This document shows positions 41,907 to 52,152 of a DNA stretch of 64,000 nt, piece by piece; position 1 is the first letter of the stretch; each line of letters begins with the position of its first letter. The stretch is from Dehalococcoidia bacterium (GTDB lineage: Bacteria > Chloroflexota > Dehalococcoidia > UBA2979). The DNA is taken from NCBI GenBank assembly GCA_965262725.1, contig OZ253555.1, positions 2,912,001 through 2,976,000 of the forward strand, given 5' to 3'. A program made the position numbers and the translations under genes. The notes beneath the pieces were generated by a model. The model was given only the letters and a program-made list of their open reading frames with translations, did not search any database and had not been told where the DNA came from.

Positions 41907-42473
41907 TCACGTCACCGTGAGCGGAACGCCCGCCGAGCAGAGCCGGCAGGCGGCGGGATCGACACTCTCCATCTCCACCTCGGTCGCCGCGAAGAAGGGA
42001 AGGCCGAAGTCGAAGGCGCCGCCCGATCGGTCGACGAGCACCGCGACGCCCACGGGATCCCCCCCGGCCGCGCGCACCGCCTCGATGGTCTCGCGCACCG
42101 ACCCGCCCGTGGTGAGCACGTCGTCGACCACCAGCGCGCGCTCGCCGGCCCGCAAGCGGAATCCACGCTGCAGCGCGCGCCCAGTCCCGTCGGGCCGGCG
42201 CTCCGCGATCACGCCGCGAAGCCCGAGCTGGCGCGCCACCTCGTAGGAGAGGATCACGCCGCCGGTGGTCGGGCCAGCGACGAGCTCGGGGCGGGTGTGG
42301 CTGAGCGCTGCGGCCATCTTGCGGCAGACCACCTGGGTCTGCGGCGGCCATTGCAGCAGGTTGAACTTCTCAAGGTAGCGGTCGGAGTGGCGGCCAGAGG
42401 CGAGCTGGAAGTGGCCCCGAAGGAAGGCCCCCGCCTGCTCGAGCGCGGCGACTACCTCACGATCGACGGCGAT
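41907..42473 (-). CDS. pyrE: Orotate phosphoribosyltransferase (probable ATC start)
   Basis: GHFQLASGRHSDRYLEK upstream of first GTG; VVDDVLTTGGS PRPP motif; VDRS; C-terminal CRLC; start inferred. Confidence 0.88.
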   Translation of the reverse strand: MAVDREVVAALEQAGAFLRGHFQLASGRHSDRYLEKFNLLQWPPQTQVVCRKMAAALSHTRPELVAGPTTGGVILSYEVARQLGLRGVIAERRPDGTGRALQRGFRLRAGERALVVDDVLTTGGSVRETIEAVRAAGGDPVGVAVLVDRSGGAFDFGLPFFAATEVEMESVDPAACRLCSAGVPLTVT

Positions 42474-43354
42474 CTCGACACCTCCGGCCCCACGGCGCGC
42501 GGCTGCCGCACGTGATCGACGCCGCCGACGGCGGAGGGCGGCCAGTAGCGAAACTCGGCACGCCCGATGATCCGGGACGCCTCGAGCATACCCCAGGAGT
42601 GGGAGTCGAAGGAGTTGTTGCGGTTGTCCCCGAGGACGAAGACGGAGCCCTCCGGCACCAGCTGCGTCTCAAGCCCGTAGGTCGGCGGCTCGGAGACGTA
42701 GGGTTCTATGAGCCGGACGCCGTCGACGTAGACGGAGGAGTCCTCGACGCGGACCGTCTGCCCCTCCACGGCCACAACACGCTTGATGAAGTCGCGCTCC
42801 CGCTCGCCCGGGAAGCGGAAGACGATGATGTCGCCCACGGCCGGCTCCCCGAAGGGGCGCCACTCGTCGCCCTCCACCCCGGGCAGCCACGCAAGATCGA
42901 TCCCCGCGTAGGCGAGCTTGTTCACGATCAGGAGCTCGCCGTGGGCGAAGGTCGGCTCCATCGAGCGACCGTCGACGATGAAGTTCTGGGCCACGGCGCG
43001 AACGGCGAGGAACATCAGTAGCGCGAGCGCCACCACCTCGAGCGTCTCGGAGAGGCCGCGGAGGCCCCACGGCCAGAGCGCCGCGCCCGGGGCCGGCTCC
43101 CGCGGCGCCGCCCGCGGCCCGGGAGCCGGCGGCGGCGGCCACCATTCAGGGGGCGCGCCGGGGGCGTGCGGTCGCGCGCGAAGCCGCCTCTCGCCGGGGG
43201 CGCGGCTGACGCGGCGCGGCGGCGCGTTCGGCGCATGCGGCAACACGGCGGCGCCGCCTGGTGCGGGAAGGCGCGCGGACGTTGGTTCGGCGGGCGGCCG
43301 CGGAGCGCCGGGCAGATCCGGGTGCGCGGTCCCCGGGGCGAGGTTCGGCTCCAC
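42452..43354 (-). CDS. lepB: Signal peptidase I
   Basis: SMEPT, GDIIVF, FIKRV, GDNRNNSFDS; long Pro-rich N-terminus. Confidence 0.93.
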   Translation of the reverse strand: MEPNLAPGTAHPDLPGAPRPPAEPTSARLPAPGGAAVLPHAPNAPPRRVSRAPGERRLRARPHAPGAPPEWWPPPPAPGPRAAPREPAPGAALWPWGLRGLSETLEVVALALLMFLAVRAVAQNFIVDGRSMEPTFAHGELLIVNKLAYAGIDLAWLPGVEGDEWRPFGEPAVGDIIVFRFPGERERDFIKRVVAVEGQTVRVEDSSVYVDGVRLIEPYVSEPPTYGLETQLVPEGSVFVLGDNRNNSFDSHSWGMLEASRIIGRAEFRYWPPSAVGGVDHVRQPRAVGPEVSRSPSIVR

Positions 43355-43388
43355 GACCCCAGTATACGCCGCACCGGCCCGCGACCCA

Positions 43389-44231
43389 CTAGCGGGCGGA
43401 GGCCGCGGCTCCCAGCCAGCCGATGCGCGCTCTGGCGACGGCCGCGACCTCGGCCCGCGCGTCGTGAAGAGCCGGCCGCGGGTCGTCCCCGTGGTCCCGG
43501 AGGGAGCCGGCGAGCGCGCGCGCGACGGCCCGGTGGATCTCGCGCGAGATATTGACCTTGCGCACGCCGGCCGACACTGCGGCGGCGAGAGCCGGCGGCG
43601 CCACGCCGGAGCCGCCGTGCAGCACGAGCGGCAGGCCCTCGGTCCGGCGGCGGATCTCGCGGACGAGCGGGATGCTCACCTCGCCCGCGCGCCCGTGCGC
43701 CGTCCCCACCGACACCGCGAGCGCGTCGACGCCCGTCTCGGCGACGAAGCGGGCCGCCTGGCGCGGATCGGTGAGATCCGTCTCGGAGGTCACCACCCCT
43801 GGCTCGCTTCCGCCGACGTGGCCGAGCTCCGCCTCGAGCGCGACGCCGGCCGCGGCCGCGATCGCCCGGGCCGCCCGCGTCTCGCGCACATTCTGCTCAT
43901 AGGGAAGCGTGGAGCCGTCGAACATGACCGAGGTGCATCCCGCGGCGACCGCGCGGCGGAGCGTCGAGGCGTCCGCGCCGTGGTCGAGGTGAAGGCCGAC
44001 CGGCACGTTCGCGCCGCGCGCGAGAGCAAGCAGGTACGCCGCCGCCGGTTCCAGCCCGCCCATCGCGTCGAAGTTCCCCGAGTTGAACTGGAGCAGCACC
44101 ACGGCGTGGAGCGCCTCCGCCGCGTCGAGGACGCCGAGCGCCATGCCGGGCGTGGAGACGTTGAAGGCGGGGAGCGCGAAGCCTCCCCGCTCCGCCGCGG
44201 CGAGCAGATCGCGGGCCGCCGCGACCGGCAT
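43389..44231 (-). CDS. fba: Class II fructose/tagatose-bisphosphate aldolase
   Basis: HLDHG, SVMFDGS, EAELG, GTAHG, LVLHGGSG, KVNI. Confidence 0.9.
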   Translation of the reverse strand: MPVAAARDLLAAAERGGFALPAFNVSTPGMALGVLDAAEALHAVVLLQFNSGNFDAMGGLEPAAAYLLALARGANVPVGLHLDHGADASTLRRAVAAGCTSVMFDGSTLPYEQNVRETRAARAIAAAAGVALEAELGHVGGSEPGVVTSETDLTDPRQAARFVAETGVDALAVSVGTAHGRAGEVSIPLVREIRRRTEGLPLVLHGGSGVAPPALAAAVSAGVRKVNISREIHRAVARALAGSLRDHGDDPRPALHDARAEVAAVARARIGWLGAAASAR

Positions 44232-44329
44232 CGTGCCCTCCCCGCGCTTCGGTTCGCTCGTGCCGGGCCGATGCTACGCTCGCGGCCGGCGGCCGCGCGA
44301 GCGGCGGAGGCGGAGGGGATGGGCGGCGG

Positions 44330-45001
44330 ATGTCCCATCGCGGCGGCGCAACCGGGCCCGCTGGCGGCGACGCGCCCGCGGCGGAGGCGGCCGCCGCGGA
44401 GGACGCGGAGCTGATTCGGCGCGCGCAGGGAGGAGACCTCGCGGCCTTCAACAGCATCGTGCTCCGGCACCAGGACGCTGTCTACGGGCTCGCGTTCCGC
44501 TTCCTGAGCGAGCGCGGGGCGGCGGAGGACGCAGCCCAGGAGGCATTCCTGCGCGCCTACCGCTCCGCGGGGCGCTTCCGGGGCGGCTCGGTGCGCTCCT
44601 GGCTCCTCACGATCGTCGCGAACCTTGCGCGCGACGAGCTGCGCCGCCGCGGACGCCGCCGCGAGCGATCGCTTGAGGCCGACCGGGAGCGCCTCCCCGC
44701 CCGGCCCGAGCCCACCGACGGAGGACCCACGCCGGAGGAGCACGCCGTTGCGACCGGCCGGCGCGCGGAGCTCCGCGCCGAGCTCGAGGCGGCGCTCGCC
44801 ACCCTCCCCGAGGAGTGGCGGATGACCGTCCTGCTCGCCGATGTCCACGGGCTGCGGCACGAGGAGGTGGCGAGGGCGACCGGCGTCGCCCCGGGCACGG
44901 TCAAGTCGAGGCTCTCCCGTGCGCGCGCCCGGTTGCGCGACATCCTGCTCTCACCCGGGGAACCCGGAGCGGCTCCGCGTCGTCTGGAGGAGTGGAGATG
45001 A
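44330..45001 (+). CDS. ECF sigma factor
   Basis: AEDAAQEAFLRAY, SWLLTI..N, region 4 GTVKSRLSRAR. Confidence 0.93.
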   Translation: MSHRGGATGPAGGDAPAAEAAAAEDAELIRRAQGGDLAAFNSIVLRHQDAVYGLAFRFLSERGAAEDAAQEAFLRAYRSAGRFRGGSVRSWLLTIVANLARDELRRRGRRRERSLEADRERLPARPEPTDGGPTPEEHAVATGRRAELRAELEAALATLPEEWRMTVLLADVHGLRHEEVARATGVAPGTVKSRLSRARARLRDILLSPGEPGAAPRRLEEWR

Positions 45002-45780
45002 TGCGCGGGTGGTGGTGGCGGCGGCGAGGGATGCCGGCGCGGGGAGGGGATCTTCCCGCGGGGGCGACCGTCTCCGAGATCCGCGACGAGCGGCTCTCGC
45101 TCTACCTCGACGGCGACCTCCCGGAGGGGGAGCAGGAGGCTTACGAGCGCGAGCTCGCCTCAGACGCGGGGAGCCGCGCCGCCCTGGAGGGGATGAGGGA
45201 GGTGACGGAGGCGCTGCGCGCTCTCGGCGCCGGCGAGCTCGGGGAGCTCCGGGCGCCGCGCCCCTTCACCCTCGCCGCTCCGACCGCCCGCCGGGGCCTG
45301 ATCCGCACGCCCGGGGTCCTCGGCGAGCCCTCCGCGCGCCTCGGAGCGCTCGCCGCCGCGCTCGCGGCCGTCGCGCTCGTCGCGGTGGTCGGCATCGGCG
45401 TGGGTCCCGGCTTTGACGGGCGCGAGGCGCAGGAGGAGGCGGCCGCGGTGGAAGTCGCCGCGAGCGCGCCCGGCACCGCGGAACGCGCCGACGCCGCGTC
45501 GGCCGGGGCCGAACCGCCGATCACCGCCGCCGACTCGTCGGCCGGGAGCGACCAGCGGGACGCGGGACGCGTGACGGGAGCGCGGGTCGATGCGGACGAC
45601 GGCGCGCCGGGAGAGGGTGCGGCGGTGGACGGACGGCCCGAGCCGGAGCCGACGCGCAGAGGCGAGACGGCGCCTGATGGGCCCACCGCGCTGCTCGTGG
45701 TCGCGCTCACGGCGGGGGCGGGGGTGCTCGCCCTGGCGGCACTCGCCGCCTGGCGTTCGATCGGGCGCCGGCGAGTCTGA
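44998..45780 (+). CDS. Anti-sigma factor (zinc-less ZAS-like, two TM helices)
   Basis: LSLYLDGDL without HxxxCxxC; RAPRPFTL; coupled to sigma gene. Confidence 0.78.
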   Translation: MMRGWWWRRRGMPARGGDLPAGATVSEIRDERLSLYLDGDLPEGEQEAYERELASDAGSRAALEGMREVTEALRALGAGELGELRAPRPFTLAAPTARRGLIRTPGVLGEPSARLGALAAALAAVALVAVVGIGVGPGFDGREAQEEAAAVEVAASAPGTAERADAASAGAEPPITAADSSAGSDQRDAGRVTGARVDADDGAPGEGAAVDGRPEPEPTRRGETAPDGPTALLVVALTAGAGVLALAALAAWRSIGRRRV

Positions 45781-45840
45781 CGGGAGGAGGGCCGCGAACC
45801 CCGCGAGCGGGTAACGGCGATGGACGAGGGGAGTGAAGCG

Positions 45841-46584
45841 ATGACAGCGACGATGGGATCCCGGGCGAGGCGGGCCGTCGGGCTGGTGGCGGCCGCCGGC
45901 CTGCTCGTGTTTGCGGCGGGGGGCTGCGTCGAGGCGACCACCAGCAGCAACGACGCGGCGTCGAGCGGGATATCGGTGACCGGCACGGGGAGCGTTGCAG
46001 TCGTCCCCGACGTCGGCGTGCTGAGCATCGGCGTCGAGGTCACCGCCGAGACGGTGGGGGAGGCGCGCGCCGACGCCGCCCGCACGATGGAGGCGATCGG
46101 GGAGGCGCTGCGTGCCAGCGGCGTCGACGACGGCGACGTCGCGACGCGCTCCTTCAACATCTACCCGCAGTACCAGTACGAGGAGGGGAAGGCGCCGACG
46201 ATCACCGGCTTCACTGTCAACAACCAGGTCACGGTGAAGGTGCGTGATATCGACCGCCTCCCGTCGACGCTCGACGACGCGATCGCGGCCGGGGGCGACT
46301 TCGTCCGCGTCAACAACGTCTCCTTCGCCGTCGACGAGCCGGAGCGCTTCTTCGCGGAGGCGCGCGAGAAGGCGGTCGCCGACGCCGGCGAGCGAGCCGC
46401 CCAGCTCGCCGCGCTCGCCGGCGTGGAACTCGGGGATCCCCTCGTCATCACCGAGTCGACCGGGGGCGCGCCCTCGCCCTTTCCCGCCGCCTTCGCGGAC
46501 TCGGCGCGGGTGAGCGCCACGCCGCTGCAGCCGGGTGAGGAGGAGATCACTATCGCCGTCTCGGTGACCTACGCCATCCGGTAG
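45841..46584 (+). CDS. SIMPL (DUF541) domain lipoprotein
   Basis: ISVTGTG....PD, I.P.Y, A...AV.DA..RA..LA, V.VTY. Confidence 0.88.
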   Translation: MTATMGSRARRAVGLVAAAGLLVFAAGGCVEATTSSNDAASSGISVTGTGSVAVVPDVGVLSIGVEVTAETVGEARADAARTMEAIGEALRASGVDDGDVATRSFNIYPQYQYEEGKAPTITGFTVNNQVTVKVRDIDRLPSTLDDAIAAGGDFVRVNNVSFAVDEPERFFAEAREKAVADAGERAAQLAALAGVELGDPLVITESTGGAPSPFPAAFADSARVSATPLQPGEEEITIAVSVTYAIR

Positions 46585-46700
46585 CGACCGGGGCTAGGGT
46601 AGGATGGCGGCACCCGCTCCCGCTCAGGAGGCGAGCCCGTGGCTCTGAGCGACCGAACGATCACGGAAGCCCGGGCGACCGCCGGCCGGCGGCATACCGG

Positions 46701-47867
46701 GTGAGCGCGAGCACGCCGGGGAGCTCGGAACAGCCCTCCGCGCCGATGCGCGAGGCGCTCGCGGCCGCGGAGCGAGCCCGCGGCTGGAGTTCGCCGAACC
46801 CGCCGGTCGGCGCGGTTCTCGTCTCCGACGGCCGCATCGTCGGCCGCGGCCACACGAAGCCGCCCGGGGGCGATCACGCGGAAATCGTCGCGCTCGCCGA
46901 GGCCGGCGGCCTCGCGCGCGGCGCCACCGCCTACGTCACGCTCGAGCCCTGCGCGCACCACGGGCGCACGCCCCCCTGCGCGGAGGCGCTGATCGCCGGC
47001 GGGATCCGGCGCGTCGAGTACGCGCTCGCCGACCCCGACCCGCGGGTCGACGGCCGCGGCGCCGAGAGACTCCGCTCGGGCGGCATCGAGGTCGGCTCCG
47101 GCGACGGGGCTGAGGCCGCCACGGAGCAGCTCGCCGCCTATCTCACCCACCGCCGGACGGGACGGCCGCGGGTGATCGCGAAGTTCGTCGCCTCCCTCGA
47201 CGGGCGGATCGCCTCGGCCACGGGCGACTCGCGCTGGCTCTCGGGCCCGGAGACCCGCGAGTGGGCGCACCGCGAGCGACCGACTTTCGATGCGATCGTG
47301 GTCGGATCCGGGACCGTCGTCGTGGACGATCCCGAGCTGACGGCGCGGCCCGGCGGCAGCACCGCGGGGGCGCACCAGCCACTGCGCGTCGTCGTCGACA
47401 CGCGCGGGCGCACGCCCGCTGCGGCACGCGTGATCGCCGGTCCCTCGCCGACGCTCGTCGCAACCTCCGAGCGCTCGGCCCGGGCGTGGCGGGAGGGAAT
47501 GCAGGCGGCGGGCGCCGATGTGGTGCTCCTCCCGGAGGCCGGCGGCCACGTCGATCCGGCGGCGCTCCTCGACGAGCTCGGACGCCGCGGAGTGCTGGCG
47601 GCGATTGTGGAGGGGGGCGGGATCCTGCTCGGGACGCTCTTCGACCGGCGACTGGTCGACTACGTGCACGCCGTGCTCACGCCGCTCATCGTCGGCGCGG
47701 AGAAGGCGCCGGCGGCGGTGGCCGGCCGCGGAGCTCAGCGCCTCGCCCACGCTCCTCGCCTCTCCGCGGTGCAGGTGGAACAGCTCGGACCGGATGTCCG
47801 GATATCCGGCGTCCCGGTGTGGCCGGAGGCCGCCGGGACGGCGGGACAGGGCGGGGAGGAGCGCTGA
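46701..47867 (+). CDS. ribD: Riboflavin deaminase/reductase
   Basis: PNPPVGA, HAE, TLEPCAHHGRTPPC, SLDG, DDPELTAR, VEGG. Confidence 0.96.
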   Translation: MSASTPGSSEQPSAPMREALAAAERARGWSSPNPPVGAVLVSDGRIVGRGHTKPPGGDHAEIVALAEAGGLARGATAYVTLEPCAHHGRTPPCAEALIAGGIRRVEYALADPDPRVDGRGAERLRSGGIEVGSGDGAEAATEQLAAYLTHRRTGRPRVIAKFVASLDGRIASATGDSRWLSGPETREWAHRERPTFDAIVVGSGTVVVDDPELTARPGGSTAGAHQPLRVVVDTRGRTPAAARVIAGPSPTLVATSERSARAWREGMQAAGADVVLLPEAGGHVDPAALLDELGRRGVLAAIVEGGGILLGTLFDRRLVDYVHAVLTPLIVGAEKAPAAVAGRGAQRLAHAPRLSAVQVEQLGPDVRISGVPVWPEAAGTAGQGGEER

Positions 47868-48466
47868 TGTTCACCGGTATCGTCGAGGAGGTCGGAGTCC
47901 TCCTGGGGCGGGAGGGCGGCGAGCTCGTGGTCGGCTGTGGGGTCGTGCGCGAGGGGACGCGCCTCGGGGACTCCATCGCCGTGAACGGCGTCGACCTGAC
48001 GGTGCGGCGAATGGAGGAGGGCGCGCTCTTCTTCGACGTGATGCCGGAGACCTTCCGGCGCTCGAACCTCGGAGAGCTTCCCCCGGGCTCGCCCCTCAAC
48101 CTCGAGCGCTCGGTAAGGCCGAACGACCGGCTCTCGGGACACCTGGTGCGGGGGGTAGTGGAGACCATCGCCCGGCTCGAGAGCCTCACGCCGGAGGGGG
48201 AGGCGTTGATCGCGCGCTACCGGGTCCCCGAGCCCTACATGCGCTACATCGTCGAGAAGGGTCCCGTCTGCGTGGACGGCGCATCGCTCACCGTGGTCGC
48301 CCGGGACGATACCGGATTCGCCGTCTCGCTGGTGCAGTACACGCAGCAGCACACAAACCTGACGCGCCGGAGCCCCGGTGATAGCATCAACCTCGAGACC
48401 GACATCATCGCCCGCTACGTCGAGCAACTCGCGCTGCCGCTGCTCGAGGAGCGGGAACGCGCGTGA
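47867..48466 (+). CDS. ribE: Riboflavin synthase
   Basis: MFTGIVEE, GDSIAVNG, NLERS, DGASLTV, NLETD. Confidence 0.95.
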   Translation: MFTGIVEEVGVLLGREGGELVVGCGVVREGTRLGDSIAVNGVDLTVRRMEEGALFFDVMPETFRRSNLGELPPGSPLNLERSVRPNDRLSGHLVRGVVETIARLESLTPEGEALIARYRVPEPYMRYIVEKGPVCVDGASLTVVARDDTGFAVSLVQYTQQHTNLTRRSPGDSINLETDIIARYVEQLALPLLEERERA

Positions 48467-49758
48467 CGGTCGAGGGCAGAGGGGCGATCGTGGCGGAGCC
48501 TCGCACCAGCGGACGGACGGCGGCGACGCGGCGGCCGCTCCGCATCGGCGTCCCCGAGGCAATCGAGGAGTTCCGCGCCGGGCGGCCGATCATCATCGTC
48601 GACGACGAGGACCGCGAGAACGAGGGCGACATCGCCGTCCCCGCGCAGTTCTGCACGCCCGACATCGTCAACTTCATGGCGACGCACGCGCGCGGGCTGA
48701 TCTGCGTGCCGCTCGCCGACGAGTCGGTGGACCGGCTGAGGCTCCCGATGATGACGCGCCGCAACACGAGCTCGCTCGGCACGGCCTTCACCATCAGCGT
48801 CGAGGCGGCGCGCGGGATCACCACCGGGATCTCCGCGCGCGACCGGGCTCGCACCATCGAGGTGCTCGCCGACCCCACGTCGCAGCCGGCCGACCTGGTG
48901 AGGCCGGGCCACATCTTCCCGCTGCGCGCCCGCACCGGCGGCGTTCTGGTCCGCGCCGGCCAGACCGAGGCCTCGGTCGACCTCTGCCGGCTCGCCGGCC
49001 TCGAGCCGGCCGCCGTGATCTGTGAAGTGATGCGAGCCGACGGCGAGATGGCACGCATGCCCGATCTCCAGCGCCTCGCGCGGCGCCACGACCTCAAGAT
49101 CATCACCGTCGCCGACATCATCGCCTACCGGATGGAGAACGAGCGGCTCATCGAGCGGGTCGACGAGGCGGTGCTCCCGACGGCGTTCGGCGACTTCCGC
49201 GCGGTCGCCTTCCGCACGCTGATCGACCAGAAGGAGCACATCGCCCTGGTCATGGGCGAGATCGCTGCCGACACGCCTCTCCTGGTGCGCGTCCACGACC
49301 AGTGCGTGACCGGCGACGCCTTCGGATCGCAGCGCTGCGACTGCGGCGAGCAGCTCGAGTTCGCGATGCGCACGATCGCGGAGGCGGGGCACGGCGTCTT
49401 CCTCTACATGGACCAGGAGGGGCGCGGTATCGGGCTGCACAACAAGATTCGCGCCTATCGCCTGCAGGACGAAGGCCTCGACACGGTGCAGGCGAACGAG
49501 GCGCTCGGCCTTCCCGTCGACCGCCGCGACTACGGCATCGGTTGCCAGATCCTCGTCGATCTCGGAGTCCGGCGGATGCGGCTGATGACGAACAACCCGC
49601 AGAAGCGCGCAGGGCTCGAGGGATACGGACTCGTGGTCGAGCAGCGCGTGCCGATTGAGATCGAGCCCAACGCCCACAACCTCCACTACCTCAGGACGAA
49701 GCGCGACAAGATGGGCCACTTGCTCGCCGAGCGGCTCGGCAGCGACCGGCCCGGCTAA
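48463..49758 (+). CDS. ribBA: DHBP synthase/GTP cyclohydrolase II
   Basis: DDEDRENEGD, RPGHIFPL, RVHDQCVTGD...CDC, QEGRGIGL, TNNP.K. Confidence 0.97.
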   Translation: MTVEGRGAIVAEPRTSGRTAATRRPLRIGVPEAIEEFRAGRPIIIVDDEDRENEGDIAVPAQFCTPDIVNFMATHARGLICVPLADESVDRLRLPMMTRRNTSSLGTAFTISVEAARGITTGISARDRARTIEVLADPTSQPADLVRPGHIFPLRARTGGVLVRAGQTEASVDLCRLAGLEPAAVICEVMRADGEMARMPDLQRLARRHDLKIITVADIIAYRMENERLIERVDEAVLPTAFGDFRAVAFRTLIDQKEHIALVMGEIAADTPLLVRVHDQCVTGDAFGSQRCDCGEQLEFAMRTIAEAGHGVFLYMDQEGRGIGLHNKIRAYRLQDEGLDTVQANEALGLPVDRRDYGIGCQILVDLGVRRMRLMTNNPQKRAGLEGYGLVVEQRVPIEIEPNAHNLHYLRTKRDKMGHLLAERLGSDRPG

Positions 49759-49759
49759 C

Positions 49760-50284
49760 ATGCCCGCCCCCGGACAGGAGAACGCCGCGCTTCGCCTCGC
49801 CCTCGTCGTCTCGCGCTACCACGAGGCGGTGACGAGCGCGCTGCGCAGAGGCGCGGAGGCGGCGGCCCGGGAGCGCGGCGTCGCGCCCGAGGCGCTCTTC
49901 GTGGTGGAGGTGCCCGGCGCCTTCGAGCTCCCCGTCGCCGCGCGCCGACTCGCCTCCAGCCGCTGCTACGAGGCGATCGTCTGCGTCGGCGCCGTGGTGC
50001 GCGGCGGAACGCCTCACTTCGACTACGTCGCCGGCGAGGCGGCGCGCGGCATCGCGGAGGTGGCGCGCGACTTCACGCTCCCGGTAACGTTCGGGCTCAT
50101 TACCGCCGACACGGCGCGGCAGGCACGCGAGCGTGCGCGCGGTGCCGGGAGCGGGTGGACGGGCAACAAGGGGCACGAGGCGATGGGCGCCGCCATCGAG
50201 ATGGCGCTCTTCTTCCGGGAGATCGACGCAGCGGCCGGAAGACGAGCGCTGAGCGCTCCCGAGCCCGCCGGGGAGGACCGCTGA
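49760..50284 (+). CDS. ribH: Lumazine synthase
   Basis: VPGAFELP, GGTPHFDYV, PVTFG, NKG.EA..AIEM. Confidence 0.95.
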   Translation: MPAPGQENAALRLALVVSRYHEAVTSALRRGAEAAARERGVAPEALFVVEVPGAFELPVAARRLASSRCYEAIVCVGAVVRGGTPHFDYVAGEAARGIAEVARDFTLPVTFGLITADTARQARERARGAGSGWTGNKGHEAMGAAIEMALFFREIDAAAGRRALSAPEPAGEDR

Positions 50285-50703
50285 TGAACTGGTGGTCGCG
50301 CAAGGACGCGAGCGGCGGCGAAAGCCTCGATCACACGGCGCACGACGCCGTGCGGCTCGCCCACCGCGCGCTGGAGCGTTTCCCCCTCGTCGTCGCCCGC
50401 CACCGTTACGTGGCCGGCGGTGCGGCCATCTCCTCCGCGCTCGTCGTGCTCGCCGGCGTCGCCATCGCGCGCCGCATGCGTGCCGGCCAGAGCGCCGACG
50501 AAGCGATCGCGACTCTGACCGAGGACGAGATCGAGGGCCGCACGCGCTACCGCCTCGAGGACGACGTCGCCGAGGCGCTCGAGCAGGCCGGCGCCGACGA
50601 GGCGCTGCCGGCCGACGGCGCGGAGGAAGCGTTGGCGAAGCCCCCCGGGACCGCGCTGGACGAGGCACCGAGCGCCGAGCCGGCCGCAGAAGCCCCTCGC
50701 TAG
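50284..50703 (+). CDS. Hypothetical single-TM protein coupled to ribH
   Basis: TGATG overlap with ribH stop, GGAGG RBS; one hydrophobic helix and acidic tail. Confidence 0.65.
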   Translation: MNWWSRKDASGGESLDHTAHDAVRLAHRALERFPLVVARHRYVAGGAAISSALVVLAGVAIARRMRAGQSADEAIATLTEDEIEGRTRYRLEDDVAEALEQAGADEALPADGAEEALAKPPGTALDEAPSAEPAAEAPR

Positions 50704-50757
50704 AGACGCGGCATCCGGCCGTTGAGGGGCGCCGGCCGGACGCCCGAGGATCCCGCC

Positions 50758-52077
50758 ATGCCGGAGCGAGGCGGAAGGCGGACCGGGGCCGCGAGCCCGG
50801 CCGCGCCGCGCCTTCCGCGCCGCGTCGCGCACGTCGATCTCGACACGTTCTTTGTCTCGGTCGAGCGCGTGAGGGACCCCTCGCTCTCCGGCAAGCCGGT
50901 GCTCGTGGGCGGTGCGGGCGGGCGTGGCGTGGTCGCAAGCGCCTCCTACGAGTCGCGCCGCTACGGCTGCCGCTCGGCTCAGCCGATGGTGCAGGCGCTC
51001 CGCCTCTGTCCCGATGCGATCGTGGTGCCCCCCCACCCCGACCTCTACCGGGAGGCGTCCGAGGCCTTCCACGCCATCCTGCGCGACTGCTCTCCGCTCG
51101 TGGAGTCGGCGGGCCTCGACGAGGCCTACCTCGACCTCACGGGCATCGGCGGGCCGGGGACGGAGGTCACGGGCGAGCGCTTCGCGATCGCGGGTGCCTG
51201 CGCGCGTGTCCGCGGCGAGCTGCGGCTTCCGGTTTCCGCCTGCGTCGCCGGGAGCCGCACGGCGGCGAAGGTCGGCTCCGACCGCGCGAAGCCCGACGGC
51301 CTCGTCGTTGTGGAGCCGAACGGGGACGCCGCCTTCCTCGCCCCGGTTCCGGTGCGCGAACTGCCGATGGTGGGGCCGCGGATGGCTGAGGAGCTGGCAG
51401 CGAGCGGTGTGGTGACGATCGGCGAGCTCGCCGCCCTCGACAGGCGCTGGCTCCAGCTTCGCTTCGGTCGGGTCGGCGCGGCGGTGCACGACCGCGCGCG
51501 CGGCCTCGACCCCGCGCCGGTCCGCGGCGACCGCCGACCGGCGCGCTCCATCTCCCGCGAGGTCACCTTCGGCACCGACGTCCTCGATCACGCCACGCTC
51601 CGCCGCACGATCGCACGGCACGCCGAGCGGGTGGGGCACGACCTCCGCACCGGCGGCCGGCGCGCCCGCACCGTGACGCTGAAGCTCCGCTGGAGCGACT
51701 TCCACACGCTCACCCGCAGCCGCACGCTGGAACGACCCACACACGCGACGCGCGCGCTCGCTACGGCCGGCGAGGAGCTGCTGGACGGCATCCTGGCGCA
51801 GCAGGGGCGCCGGGGGGTGCGGCTCATCGGCCTCGCCGCGAGCAACCTCGTCGGCGAGGAGCTCCAGCTCGGATTCGACGACGTAGACGAGGCCGCCGCC
51901 GCACCGGGTGCGGCCTCCGCCCGCGAGGAGCAACTCGACCGCGCGCTCGACGCCATTCGCGGCCGCCACGGCGACTCCGCCGTGACGCGCGGCCTACCCC
52001 CAGACGACGGCGCGGGCGAGCAGGGTCCCGGCGGCGCGCGGCCCGGGCACCCCGACGCGAGCGGCGCCCGCGGATGA
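50758..52077 (+). CDS. dinB: DNA polymerase IV
   Basis: HVDLDTFFVSVE, RGVVASASYE, LDEAYLD, KPDG, clamp-binding-like QLGF. Confidence 0.94.
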   Translation: MPERGGRRTGAASPAAPRLPRRVAHVDLDTFFVSVERVRDPSLSGKPVLVGGAGGRGVVASASYESRRYGCRSAQPMVQALRLCPDAIVVPPHPDLYREASEAFHAILRDCSPLVESAGLDEAYLDLTGIGGPGTEVTGERFAIAGACARVRGELRLPVSACVAGSRTAAKVGSDRAKPDGLVVVEPNGDAAFLAPVPVRELPMVGPRMAEELAASGVVTIGELAALDRRWLQLRFGRVGAAVHDRARGLDPAPVRGDRRPARSISREVTFGTDVLDHATLRRTIARHAERVGHDLRTGGRRARTVTLKLRWSDFHTLTRSRTLERPTHATRALATAGEELLDGILAQQGRRGVRLIGLAASNLVGEELQLGFDDVDEAAAAPGAASAREEQLDRALDAIRGRHGDSAVTRGLPPDDGAGEQGPGGARPGHPDASGARG

Positions 52078-52152
52078 TCCGCGGGTGACCGGGGGCGCCG
52101 GTCCCGGCCCTCCGCCACCGCCGTTGTCGACGCCCGCGGCAGCGAAGTAAGG

